Below, one piece after another: positions 1 to 10,700 of a stretch of DNA of 64,000 bases (positions are counted from its first letter, which is position 1; each line of letters starts with the position of its first letter). This DNA is from Spirochaetia bacterium (GTDB lineage Bacteria > Spirochaetota > Spirochaetia > WTKD01 > G963693115): NCBI GenBank assembly GCA_965226055.1, contig CBDDCA010000006.1, positions 32,001 through 96,000 on the forward strand. Reading direction: 5' to 3'. The notes beneath the pieces were generated by a model. The model was given only the letters and a program-made list of their open reading frames with translations. It did no database searches and was not told the origin of the DNA. The position numbers were made by a program, and so were the translations under genes.

Positions 1-966
1 GATTTAGCACGAGGGTTCTGGAATGTAAAGCCAACATATTCCTCTCATTTTGATGCATATATCACTATACAGAACGGCTGTGATAAATTTTGTACATTCT
101 GTGCAGTTCCTTATACTCGAGGAAGAGAAGTTTCACGTTCATCAAGTGAAATATTAAAAGAAGTATACGATCTTATGCAACAAGGCTATAAATCTATTAC
201 TTTGCTTGGACAAAATGTCAATAGCTACGGTATTGACATGAATGGAAAAGAGCTTACTTTTGCTCAATTATTAGAACGAATAGGGAATCTTGCAAATGAA
301 CTTGAACATACATGCTGGATATACTTTACCTCTCCTCATCCACGAGATATGGGAAAAGATGTATTAGAAGTAATGGCACAATATCCTTGTTTAGCAAAAC
401 AAATTCATCTTCCTTTACAAAGCGGGGATGAAAAATTACTATTTAAGATGAATAGAAATCATAGTATGTCAAAATATCGACAAACCGTAACAGATATACA
501 TACTATTCTGCCAACAGCTACGTTGTTTACTGATATTATTGTTGGGTTTTGTGGAGAAACAGAAGAACAATTTAACAATACCAAAGATGCCATGAAAGAG
601 TTTGCATATAATATGGCATATATTGCAATGTATTCACCTCGTCCAGGAGCAGCAAGCTATAGATGGCACGACACTATTTCTCTTGACGTAAAAAAGCAAC
701 GTTTACGCGAACTGTCAGAGATATTACAAAACACAGCAGAAAAAAAACATGAACAATACATTGGAACAAACATACAAGTACTCGTAGAAAGTGTAGGAAG
801 AAGCGCCAACACATTACAGGCAAAGACAGAGGGAAAAATTCCTGTCATGCTTACAAATACTACTCCCTATGATTTTAAGACATTAGAAGGAAAATTTATA
901 TACGCTACTATCACAGGACAGAAATCACTTTCTCTTTTAGCAGAGACCTATGGAGAGCCATTTTGA
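1..966 (+). CDS. miaB: tRNA-2-methylthio-N6-isopentenyladenosine synthase MiaB (5' end outside window)
   Basis: Frame is open from base 1: AYITIQNGCDKFCTFCAVPYTRGREVSR (radical-SAM CxxxCxxC), LLGQNVNSYG, FTSPHP, HLPLQSG, TDIIVGF, YSPRPG, and a TRAM-like C-terminus. Confidence 0.93.
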   Translation, partial: DLARGFWNVKPTYSSHFDAYITIQNGCDKFCTFCAVPYTRGREVSRSSSEILKEVYDLMQQGYKSITLLGQNVNSYGIDMNGKELTFAQLLERIGNLANELEHTCWIYFTSPHPRDMGKDVLEVMAQYPCLAKQIHLPLQSGDEKLLFKMNRNHSMSKYRQTVTDIHTILPTATLFTDIIVGFCGETEEQFNNTKDAMKEFAYNMAYIAMYSPRPGAASYRWHDTISLDVKKQRLRELSEILQNTAEKKHEQYIGTNIQVLVESVGRSANTLQAKTEGKIPVMLTNTTPYDFKTLEGKFIYATITGQKSLSLLAETYGEPF

Positions 967-2522
967 AAAAGAATACACAGTTAGACATACCAGTAAGCTC
1001 ATCTTCGTTTAAGAATGCTCATACTACTGCTATGCAGCATAAAGAACATGCTCCCGTAGTTGCAATTCAAACGCTAGGATGTAAACTTAACCATGCAGAA
1101 AGCGATTCCATTGCTACCCGATTAAAACAAATGGGATTTGAGGTGATAAACAGAGATAGCCTTGATAAAAGAAACTCCTTTACTCACGCTAAATATATTG
1201 TCATAAATACATGTACGGTAACTGCAAAAGCAGATAGAAAAAGTCGACATAGCATATACCAAGCAATAAAAGGAAATGGATATTTTCGTAATACAGAACA
1301 TACAGAAGACTCCACTGCCCATAGAGATACTTCACATGGCTCATCATCTCATACAGAAACAACAAGCCCTCCCATAGTTATTGTTACTGGATGTTTTGTA
1401 GGAAGTGCAAAAAAAAATATAGAAGATATGGATATTGATTATATTGTCGACAACAGCAAAAAAAGCTATATTCCCGAAATTATAGATGCCCATGAAAAAG
1501 AGCAAATATTTGACTACAACGCACAGGAAGCAAATTATTTTAGTGCTACCCCAGCTGATCAAAGTTTCCATACCAGAAACAATCTCAAAATTCAGGATGG
1601 ATGTGATAATTTTTGTACTTTCTGTATCATTCCTCTTGTTCGTGGTACAGCACAAAGTTTACCTCTAAAAAAAGTAGTAGAAAATGCACGTACTATGATA
1701 GAAAACGGGAGTAAAGAAATAGTGCTTACTGGAGTAAACATGAGTCGCTACAGCGACCTATGTGAAGGAAAAGAGCATTCTTTTTCAGACTTACTTGAAG
1801 CTCTCTTAAAGATGGGCAACAATCATAACTGTAGGTTTCATATTTCATCATTAGAACCAGATAGATTAGACGATAAATTTTTTGATTTATTACAAGATCC
1901 AAAACTATGTTCACATCTTCATTTATGCTTACAAAGTGGTAGCGAAAAAATTTTGCTAAAAATGAGGCGTATGTATACAGTATCTGATTATATGAACTGT
2001 ATAGAACGTATCAAACAGTATGACAATAACTTTAACTTTACTACTGATATTATAGTAGGGTTTCCTGAAGAAAGTGATCATGATTTTATGCAAAGCATGA
2101 AGATTGTAAAAGAAACTGGATTTAGCCATATACATATTTTCCCCTATTCTGTTCGGCAAGGTACAAGAGCAGAGCGCATGAAAGCAGTAGACACAAGAAT
2201 ACAAAAAGACAGAATACAACAAATGCAAGCGTTATGCGATGAACAGAAACATCAGTATAGAATTTCTATGTTACATAAAAAACAAGAAGTACTCATAGAA
2301 AAAACAATGAACGATGCTAATGAAGGATACGGCTTTACTAACTATTATATTCCTGTACATGTATACAACACAAACACACACACTACTTTTACTGCTGCTC
2401 CAATACAACACAATAGCTTTATAGAAATTACTCCAACACAATGGAAAAAAGAGAGAGAACTTGTATTACTTGCAAACATAAGTAATCACTTTACAGAAAC
2501 TACCGATGCTAGTGGTCATTAG
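963..2522 (+). CDS. mtaB: tRNA t6A methylthiotransferase MtaB
   Basis: TLGCKLNHAES, INTCTVTAKAD, VTGC, LKIQDGCDNFCTFCIIP, HIHIFPYSVRQGT. The start overlaps the miaB stop. Confidence 0.88.
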   Translation: MKKNTQLDIPVSSSSFKNAHTTAMQHKEHAPVVAIQTLGCKLNHAESDSIATRLKQMGFEVINRDSLDKRNSFTHAKYIVINTCTVTAKADRKSRHSIYQAIKGNGYFRNTEHTEDSTAHRDTSHGSSSHTETTSPPIVIVTGCFVGSAKKNIEDMDIDYIVDNSKKSYIPEIIDAHEKEQIFDYNAQEANYFSATPADQSFHTRNNLKIQDGCDNFCTFCIIPLVRGTAQSLPLKKVVENARTMIENGSKEIVLTGVNMSRYSDLCEGKEHSFSDLLEALLKMGNNHNCRFHISSLEPDRLDDKFFDLLQDPKLCSHLHLCLQSGSEKILLKMRRMYTVSDYMNCIERIKQYDNNFNFTTDIIVGFPEESDHDFMQSMKIVKETGFSHIHIFPYSVRQGTRAERMKAVDTRIQKDRIQQMQALCDEQKHQYRISMLHKKQEVLIEKTMNDANEGYGFTNYYIPVHVYNTNTHTTFTAAPIQHNSFIEITPTQWKKERELVLLANISNHFTETTDASGH

Positions 2523-3417
2523 TACTTCCTCTGCTTTATTTACAGCACTGAGTACACAACTGCAGTACACTGTGTATCGAGAACAAGATTATGAGCTTTT
2601 ACAGCATATAGCACTAGCTGCCCCTTTACCATATATTGTTTCTCTACATACACAACATTCCAGTAACTATGACTTTCATCATAATAGTATACTTGTTCAA
2701 ATACCTAACTCATCTTCATTATCATCATCACATATGAAACAAGAGTTAGCTATGCTCTGTGGTATACTGTATGCATTTCCTGTGCAAATACAATGTATAT
2801 TATATCTTGATATCATGCCTACACAGATATTTCACGAACAGAGAAACCTGTTTAAGGAAGAGGTGTCCTCACAGTACCGTACTATAGATTATTTTTTTGC
2901 ACATAGCATATATGCTGATACACATAGTTCCTGTCTTTATACCGATATACTCTTGCCTACTCTGCCACATTTTGCAGTAGCACATGCTCCTCTCCATTTT
3001 TTTAGTACTTTGGTACAAAAATATTGGAGTAGCCATTGTATACAATCTTTGCATATCATAGATAAAAATAGCACAGACACATCTCCTGTGCAAATCAAAA
3101 AAAACATGCCTGCCATTTTGGAATGTATACAGTCCTTACAGTCACTCAATACAGAAATTAGGTTTACAAGCACTATACAAAAACAACTACAAGCATTAAA
3201 ATTTCATTTTGGTTTTTCTAAAACACAGATGGCAAAGCTCTATACCTTGATACGCGGACAGTTACAAATAAACACTGATATACCAGATATTTTTTCTTTG
3301 GCACAAACAATAGCAAGCAATATGTCTTCTAAAAAATCTACCACTCAACACACATTCTCTGTACTCAACAGAAACACACTGTTTGTACAACTCTGTGAGC
3401 AACTACTAGAGACATAG
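2506..3417 (+). CDS. hypothetical protein
   Basis: 303-aa ORF overlapping the mtaB end in the same orientation; no recognisable motif. Confidence 0.55.
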   Translation: MLVVISTSSALFTALSTQLQYTVYREQDYELLQHIALAAPLPYIVSLHTQHSSNYDFHHNSILVQIPNSSSLSSSHMKQELAMLCGILYAFPVQIQCILYLDIMPTQIFHEQRNLFKEEVSSQYRTIDYFFAHSIYADTHSSCLYTDILLPTLPHFAVAHAPLHFFSTLVQKYWSSHCIQSLHIIDKNSTDTSPVQIKKNMPAILECIQSLQSLNTEIRFTSTIQKQLQALKFHFGFSKTQMAKLYTLIRGQLQINTDIPDIFSLAQTIASNMSSKKSTTQHTFSVLNRNTLFVQLCEQLLET

Positions 3418-3559
3418 TGTATCATGCATGCTTCCTTTTCCATAAGGAATATTATACTAATGGAGAGAAGGGAATTACAGACAATTTAATCTTTTGGAGT
3501 GTTATTACTGTCTGATGTTTCGCTACTATTTACTTTTTTTCCATTTGATTATCAACTAC

Positions 3560-4015
3560 TTACATTAAATTTTTATAATGCTGTTTTATTAGTTCTCTAT
3601 TTATCTCAGCTCCTACTTGTTTCTCATTGATGGTAATAGTCCATGGAGTCTCATGTTTATGTGTTATATCGGATAGCTCCCAATCAGTTAAATTACCATA
3701 TACTTCTAATACTTCTAGTATCAAATCATATTCTTTTTTATGTTCTTTTTCATTATAAGTAACATCAGTTTTTATAGGAGATTTTATAGGATTAAACATA
3801 TTTCTATGTTCTTTTTTAATTTTCTCATAAACAGTTTTACAGACAGGACCATAAGGAAAAGCATAAAAATCATCATCAATAAGCCATCTATCATAATTAG
3901 CAATATACCATCCGCATGAAAAGTATAATAATTTCTGTAATTTCATATTACGTATAGGGTCTTTTTTATCTATAAAGTGCTGTAGTATTATATTAGTTGC
4001 TACTAAAGTATCCAT
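3560..4015 (-). CDS. Panacea/SocA-like (DUF4065) antitoxin-domain protein
   Basis: NMKLQKLLYF, F-x-A-x-x-YGPV, YG..LTDWELSDITH..TPW; RBS AAGGAGG upstream. Confidence 0.85.
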   Translation of the reverse strand: MDTLVATNIILQHFIDKKDPIRNMKLQKLLYFSCGWYIANYDRWLIDDDFYAFPYGPVCKTVYEKIKKEHRNMFNPIKSPIKTDVTYNEKEHKKEYDLILEVLEVYGNLTDWELSDITHKHETPWTITINEKQVGAEINRELIKQHYKNLM

Positions 4016-4186
4016 TTTTACCTCCTTATCAACATAGATTCATCTGTTTATATACTATCACAAATTGTAATTTTTATGTCAAACTTTAGAAGACACACGA
4101 GATAGTAAAAGTATAGGCAAAACTCTATAAGTACGGTAATATATTATACTATATAGGAAGGTATATACAACTACCCTAAATACACT

Positions 4187-5197
4187 ATGCATTTTTCCCA
4201 CATATATGTAGAACACAATGTAATGACAGCCTCCATAAGCAAAACAATACTGTCACAATATCCAAATGCACAAGTAATACCTATTGAAAACTATAAACAG
4301 TTTTTTAACAGAAAAAATCAAAATTTTACATTACAAAGAAAAAGCCGAAAATTGATATTAGCAAAACAAAAACATCATTTCACTTTCTTAGGAACTGAAC
4401 GCGTCCGTAGCTTTGGCAACAAACATATTTACTCTTGCTCTATGATTCGAAACTGCAAGTATCACTGCGAATACTGTTTTTTGTCAGGCATGCACGAGTC
4501 TGCTCATATAGTATTATATGTCAATATAGAAGACTACATACAGAGAGTTACACATATTTCACAAAAAATGTATAAAGAGCATCCACAAGATAGTATATAT
4601 CTCATAACATCATATTTAAGTGATCTGCCTGCATTTGAAGAGCTATATCCTCTTTGCAAAACATGGATAGAAATTATAGACAGGCTTCCTAATGTAGAGC
4701 TAGAAATACGAAGTAAAAGCGATGCCTATACTTCTATAAGAAACATTCCTGTATCAAAAAAAGCTATTCTCGTGTGGTCTTTTTCTCCTCCTGAGATCAT
4801 TCGTACCTATGAACATGGCACGGCCTCTTTCCATACACGAATTTTACAAACAAAAGCAGCTATAGAAGATGGGTGGCGTGTACGGTTATGCTTTGATCCT
4901 ATTATATATTCTCCTCAATGGAAACAGCATTATATTGAAAGTTTACAAAAAATTTTACAGTACTGCCACCCTGACACCATTGAAGCAATAAGTTACGGAG
5001 TGTTCCGTATGAGTAACAACCATCTACAAAAAATGAGAAAAGAAAGGCCTGCTTTACGACTATTACATCAAAATATTGAAATAAAAGATTCATTAGGAAC
5101 ATATACTCCCCCTATTCTAAAAGAAATACAAGAAGAGTTTATACACGAGGCTTCTAAATACTTTCCTAAAGAGAAAATACATTTTGTACATGGATAA
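4187..5197 (+). CDS. spore-photoproduct-lyase-family radical SAM protein
   Basis: NCKYHCEYCFLSGM, YVNIED, LEIRSKS, WSFSP, GWRVRLCFDPII. Confidence 0.8.
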   Translation: MHFSHIYVEHNVMTASISKTILSQYPNAQVIPIENYKQFFNRKNQNFTLQRKSRKLILAKQKHHFTFLGTERVRSFGNKHIYSCSMIRNCKYHCEYCFLSGMHESAHIVLYVNIEDYIQRVTHISQKMYKEHPQDSIYLITSYLSDLPAFEELYPLCKTWIEIIDRLPNVELEIRSKSDAYTSIRNIPVSKKAILVWSFSPPEIIRTYEHGTASFHTRILQTKAAIEDGWRVRLCFDPIIYSPQWKQHYIESLQKILQYCHPDTIEAISYGVFRMSNNHLQKMRKERPALRLLHQNIEIKDSLGTYTPPILKEIQEEFIHEASKYFPKEKIHFVHG

Positions 5198-5264
5198 ACG
5201 CATACTATATCTTTCTCTTTTTATTACATACATTTTCATTACACAAATATAGTATACTATTACT

Positions 5265-6395
5265 ATGATTTCAACAGAAAAATTTGTACATAAACTACTT
5301 GAATCAAAGATCCATTTTTTTACTGGAGTCCCTGATTCTCTCTTAAAAGATTTTGGCAATTACATATACAGTCATATTTCTGCTAACAATCATATTATCG
5401 TAGCAAACGAAGGAAACGCAATAGCACTAGCAGCAGGGAGCTACCTTGCTAACAGTACCATCCCACTTGTGTATTTACAAAATGCAGGATTAGGAAATAT
5501 TGTCAACCCTCTGCTTTCTATGGCAGATGCCTCTCTATACGCTATTCCTATGATTATTTTAGTAGGCTGGCGAGGAAAAGACGGAAAAGATGATGCAGAA
5601 CAACACTTACAACAAGGAGCATGTACTCCCTCTTTGATTGAGGCTATGCAGTACCCTTTTTGTGTTCTTTCTCAACAAGAAGAAACAGCATTACAACAAA
5701 TAGACAAAGCAATAAGATCCATTACTGAAACTCCTCAACCATACTTTTTGTTAGTAGAAAAAGAAACATTCAGTAGCGTCCCTCTTACAAAAAAAGTTGC
5801 TTCTGCAAGCAATATGTCTCGCGAAGAAGCGTTACGTATTGTAGCTCGTTCGTTACCAGAAGACTACTTTGTAGTAACAACAACAGGAAAAACAAGTAGA
5901 GAATGGTACGAAGTACGCGAACAACTACAGCAAAGCCATGATAACGATTTTTTGACTGTAGGAAGCATGGGACACACTTCTAGTATTGCACTTGGCATGG
6001 CAACGCAAAGCAACGCTCATATACTTTGTGTAGATGGAGATGGATCTATGCTCATGCACATGGGTGCTCTTGCGGTTGCTGGCTCAGTACATTTGGAAAA
6101 TTTTCATTATGTACTTATCAATAATCTTTCGCATGAATCAGTGGGAGGATTGCCAACAAATATACATCATATACATTTCGAACAATTTTTTCTCTCCATT
6201 GGGTTTGATGCATATTTTCGTGCCGATACTCCTGAAAGTCTTGAAAATGTAATACACAATTTTATCAACACAAAACATGCAGTACTAGAGATACGAGTAA
6301 AACAAGGGTCTCGAAAAGACTTAAGTCGCCCTGACAAAACATCGGGACAAATATCACAAATATTACGTGAACAATTTATAAAAGCAAAGGAATAA
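5265..6395 (+). CDS. aepY: phosphonopyruvate decarboxylase
   Basis: FFTGVPDSLLK, ANEGNAIALAAG, YLQNAGLGN, TTGKTSRE, FLTVGSMGH, ThDP motif DGDG...NN, HESVGG. Adjacent to PEP mutase. Confidence 0.95.
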   Translation: MISTEKFVHKLLESKIHFFTGVPDSLLKDFGNYIYSHISANNHIIVANEGNAIALAAGSYLANSTIPLVYLQNAGLGNIVNPLLSMADASLYAIPMIILVGWRGKDGKDDAEQHLQQGACTPSLIEAMQYPFCVLSQQEETALQQIDKAIRSITETPQPYFLLVEKETFSSVPLTKKVASASNMSREEALRIVARSLPEDYFVVTTTGKTSREWYEVREQLQQSHDNDFLTVGSMGHTSSIALGMATQSNAHILCVDGDGSMLMHMGALAVAGSVHLENFHYVLINNLSHESVGGLPTNIHHIHFEQFFLSIGFDAYFRADTPESLENVIHNFINTKHAVLEIRVKQGSRKDLSRPDKTSGQISQILREQFIKAKE

Positions 6396-6398
6396 ACT

Positions 6399-7703
6399 AT
6401 GAAAAAAATATATCTTTCAATGGCTGGAGACATTATCCATCAAGGACATATCAATATTATTAAAGCTGCTACTAAACATGGAGAACTTATTGTAGGTTTG
6501 CTTTCTGATACTGTTATTGGCAACAATAAACGCATCCCTATTATGAATTTTGGACAACGAAAAGAAATAATTGAAAACATAAAAGGAGTAAGCCAAGTAA
6601 TAGAACAAAACAGTATTGAATACACCGATAACTTAGAGAAACTAAAACCAGAGTTTGTAATTCATGGGGATGATTGGAAAGTTGGAAAACAAGCATATAT
6701 TCGACAACAGGTAATTGAACAATTAAAGCAATGGAATGGGGAGCTTATAGAAATTCCATACACAGATGGTATCTCTAGTTCTTCAATAGAAGAGCTATTA
6801 CAAGAAAGAGGTGTAAGTGCAGGCGAAAGAAGAAAGCGTTTGCAGCTGCTTCTTTCCACTAAAAATATAGTAAGAGTACTTGAAGCACATAATGGGCTTA
6901 CGGGTCTTATAGTTGAAAAAACAGTGTTACAGGAACATGATGAACGAAAAGAGTTTGATGCTATGTGGATATCCAGCCTCTGTGATTCTACTGCAAAAGG
7001 AAAGCCTGATATAGAGCTTGTAGACTATACTTCGCGCATCAATACTATCAATGAAATTATTGAAGTGACAACAAAGCCAATCATCTTAGATGGTGATACG
7101 GGGGGACTTGTTGAGCATTTTGTATACAATGTCCGCACCTTAGAACGATTAGGCGTAAGTGCTATTATTATAGAAGATAAGGTAGGATTAAAAAAGAACA
7201 GCCTTTTTGGTACCGAAGCTGCCCAACAACAAGCTACTCCTGAAGAATTTGCTCATAAAATTCGTGCAGGAAAACAAGCACAGCTGGGAAACTCCTTTAT
7301 GATCATTGCAAGAATAGAATCGCTTATCCTTAAGCAAGGGATAGACGATGCATTACATCGTGCAAAAGTATATATTGAAGCAGGCACTGATGGAATTATG
7401 ATACATTCAAAAGAAAAAGATGGCAGTGAGATAAAAGAATTTTTACAACGATATAAACAAGAAGTTCCTCGTACAGTACCAGTAGTAGTAGTGCCTACCA
7501 CCTACAATCATATCACAGAACAAGAATTTTATGCTATGGGAGCAAACATAGTCATCTATGCAAATCACCTTATACGAAGTGCATATCTTGCCATGAAAGA
7601 AACTGCAGAAACTATTTTACGTAATGAACGCAGTGCAGAGGTAGACAAGCAATGTCTTCCAATTAAGGAAATACTTACCCTCATTCCACAAATAGTAGAT
7701 TAG
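6399..7703 (+). CDS. aepX: phosphoenolpyruvate mutase (PepM) with N-terminal cytidylyltransferase domain
   Basis: N-terminal HQGH and HGDDW cytidylyltransferase motifs. PepM motifs LEAHNG, DGDTGG, the diagnostic EDKxxxxxNS (EDKVGLKKNS), ARIES and IYANH. Confidence 0.96.
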   Translation: MKKIYLSMAGDIIHQGHINIIKAATKHGELIVGLLSDTVIGNNKRIPIMNFGQRKEIIENIKGVSQVIEQNSIEYTDNLEKLKPEFVIHGDDWKVGKQAYIRQQVIEQLKQWNGELIEIPYTDGISSSSIEELLQERGVSAGERRKRLQLLLSTKNIVRVLEAHNGLTGLIVEKTVLQEHDERKEFDAMWISSLCDSTAKGKPDIELVDYTSRINTINEIIEVTTKPIILDGDTGGLVEHFVYNVRTLERLGVSAIIIEDKVGLKKNSLFGTEAAQQQATPEEFAHKIRAGKQAQLGNSFMIIARIESLILKQGIDDALHRAKVYIEAGTDGIMIHSKEKDGSEIKEFLQRYKQEVPRTVPVVVVPTTYNHITEQEFYAMGANIVIYANHLIRSAYLAMKETAETILRNERSAEVDKQCLPIKEILTLIPQIVD

Positions 7704-7745
7704 AGAAAATACACTGCCTTACCTTTGCCGCAGACTATTTATACA

Positions 7746-7780
7746 AGGAAAAAGAGAGTGCTATGCACTCTCTTTTTCCT
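7746..7780. terminator. bidirectional intrinsic terminator
   Basis: Perfect 16-bp stem aggaaaaagagagtgc-tat-gcactctctttttcct between the convergent pepM and lipoprotein genes. Confidence 0.85.
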
Positions 7781-7788
7781 ACACTACC

Positions 7789-10700
7789 CTACGATGAGGG
7801 ACATGCTACTTTATCAGTTTTATCCTTTGGGTACTGTGCTGTTTTGCCAGCCATAGCTGAACCCTCAAACTCACTTTTACCTGATGATAATTGCGTTTTA
7901 CACAATTTCCATGATGATAAATCTTGATCAAATGCACTAGCTTGGAAAAATACCAAAGTTACATCAGTAACATTCCTTACCTTCCAATTTCCTATATCTT
8001 GATTAAAGGCGTTTGTTTGAGCAAACATTTGATTTATATTCATTACATTTTCCACATCCCAATCTCCTATATCTTGATTAAAAACACTTGCAACAAGAAA
8101 CATGGTAGTCATATCCGTTACTTTTGCCACATCCCAATCTCCTATATCTTGATTAAAAACACTTGCACCCGCAAACATACCCCTCATACTAGTTACACTG
8201 CTGGTATTCCACCGTATTATGTCCCCATTAAAAGCACTATCTCTAAAAAACAAACCACCCATATCAGTAATAGCACTGGTGTCTATCATGTTGAGATTGG
8301 GACTAGGGTTACTACTCTTCCCTCCTGTAGCTTGTCTTGTCTTTTCTTCACTGATAATAGTTTGTAGTTCTGACGTTTTCGTTGGTCTATAATAGGACTC
8401 TGCTTTTCCTGATGGTGCTGTTCTTAACTCTGTCTGTATAACAATAGTCGCTGGTACTTTTTTCTTTGAAGCGGTTATTGTACACTGTGCTACATCATAG
8501 AAATAGCTAGTAATAGCAGGGTCACGTATATTGGATTTGTTTGCTATGCCTGTTATGGTAACTGTTTTGCTACTCTGATCAAACGATACTGTAAGGCCTG
8601 TCTCTTTTTTGATTTTCTCTGCATCTGCCTCTAGTATGTTTGCATCACAGGTAAAGGCAGAGTTACTAGTAAGTACTCTTGTAGTATTTGATGCTAGTGC
8701 TGTGCCTACTTCTGCTGATACTATGCTAGTGTTTCCTATAGATATTGCACTTACTTCAAATTCGTGGCGTTGTCCTGTTGATACTTTTGTGTCATCAGTG
8801 CTGTTTACTGCTTGCACTACTATTTCGTAGGTCGTTCCGTTTGTCAATCCTGTCAGGGTAGTGTTGGTTGTTCCTGCTGCTACTGTTGTGGGGCTTGAGT
8901 CTGCTTGTTTTATTGCTGCTACACTTCTTGCACTGCCACCTTTGGCTACTTTGTATACTTTGTACGATACTTGTGCTACTGTTAGGGTAGCTCCTGTGTT
9001 TGTTTTGTGACTTGCACTGAGGCTAGGGGCTGTCCACGATACTCTCATACCTGTCTGGGCTACTCTTGTTTGTATACTGCTTACTTCTGCGGGGGCAGTC
9101 GCCTGCGATGCTGTCGTTACACTTGCCACTGTCGATACTGCTTTTTTACTTGTGTCTGTTTTTATTGCTACTTCTACCACAAAGTAGTACTTTGTCGCTC
9201 CTTTTATTGCTACTACTGGTGCTGTGTCTGAAGACAAGCCTAAACTGGCAAGGGACTGTACTGTGTACACTCCGCTTGTTACACTGCCTAGGTTTATCTT
9301 TCTGCCTGCAAGTACTTCTGCTACAGTAGCTGTGCCGTCTTTCTGTAAGCCATACACTGTGTATACTAGCTGATTGCTTGCTGTTATGTTTGTGCCATCG
9401 TAGTCTTTTGCTCCTGTAAATGTGCTTAACTCGGTAAGTACCAGCTTTATTGTGCCTGCTGTGTTTGTTGACGGTGATACTACCAGCTTTCCTGTCAGTA
9501 ATGACTGGCTGGGTGCTACTGCTTTGGAAGTATAGATTTCCTTTATTTCTGTTACATCGGTGTAAAAGCCTGCAGGAAAGAGCTTGTCGCTATTTGTTGC
9601 ATCGTAATTGGGGGATGTTGTGTTTACTATCCTCACTCCTATGTAGTAGTCCTTTGCTGTTTCTATGGGCGTTGCTCCTGCATTGCTTCCACTGGTACTG
9701 TCTACTATTGCTATGGATATTGTGTCTTGAGTTGTTCCTGTTGCTTTTGTGTATTTTGCTACTTTTACACTACTTTTTTCCACTGCCCATAAAGCCGATA
9801 CGCTGGCAGGCTTTCCTGTGCTATCTTCTTTCTTGAGGTATAGCACATAGTACGCAAGGTCTGTCGCTTCAAGGGCATTGCCATTTGCCTTGCTCACTCC
9901 TGCTATTGCTGAGGCATTTACTTGTACTGTTATGACTTTTTTCCCTCTATTGCTTCCTGTGCTAGGCACTGCAAATACCACTGCATTATTTGTAGTATAG
10001 GTTGTTACTTTTGGTGTGCTTGGGGGAGCAGTAAGGGTTGCTTTCTTTATTGTTGCTGATGTTCCTGTACTATACGAAGGATTGAGGCTGTTTATCGCTT
10101 CTACTCCTGCGGTATAGTCTGCTCCTTTTGTTCCTATAAATGTTACTTTTAATTCTGCACTGTTTCCTGCTAGCTCCCGTGTTTGTACTCCTGCAAGGGC
10201 TTTTATTTCGTCTAGTGTCTTTGTGCTGTGGTCTCCTGCTACTATGTATACTTTGTATTGTATTTGTGCTTGCGTGAGTTTTGCTCCACTGGGTGCTTTG
10301 TTATCATTGGTAATAGTACCTGCACTAAATGTATAGACTGCTGTTGCGGTTGTTTGTGTTACTGACTCTACGGAGAGCTTTGCATCTTTTGCAGCGGGCG
10401 GTGCTGTCGAGGTGCTATCGTATACTGCTACTGCATCACTCAGTGCGGTTACGGGGCTTACTCTGTTATTTGCTATTTGCAGAAAATCAAAGCGATAGTC
10501 TTTTTTATTTGATTGGCTCTTAGGTACTTCTAAGCCATCTGCTATGCCAAAGCTAATGGTGGTTGCTGTTCTTGTTATGCTTTTTTCTGCTATTAAGGTA
10601 GCTCCATCTTTCATACGCAGGGTGTAGTATCGCCCTATGCCAGGAGCATTCTTAAAAGTTGCTTTTATTTGTATTGCTCCTGTTGTATCAAGAGTAGGCT

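Noticed and set aside
3460-3477. tggagagaagggaatt resembling a reverse-strand tRNA 3' end or att site beside the Panacea gene
   Set aside because: Too short, no T-loop or cloverleaf, and no second copy or integrase seen.
7900-8290. Regularly spaced repeats resembling a CRISPR array
   Set aside because: The 75-bp period is in frame and encodes DUF285 protein repeats; no cas genes are present.
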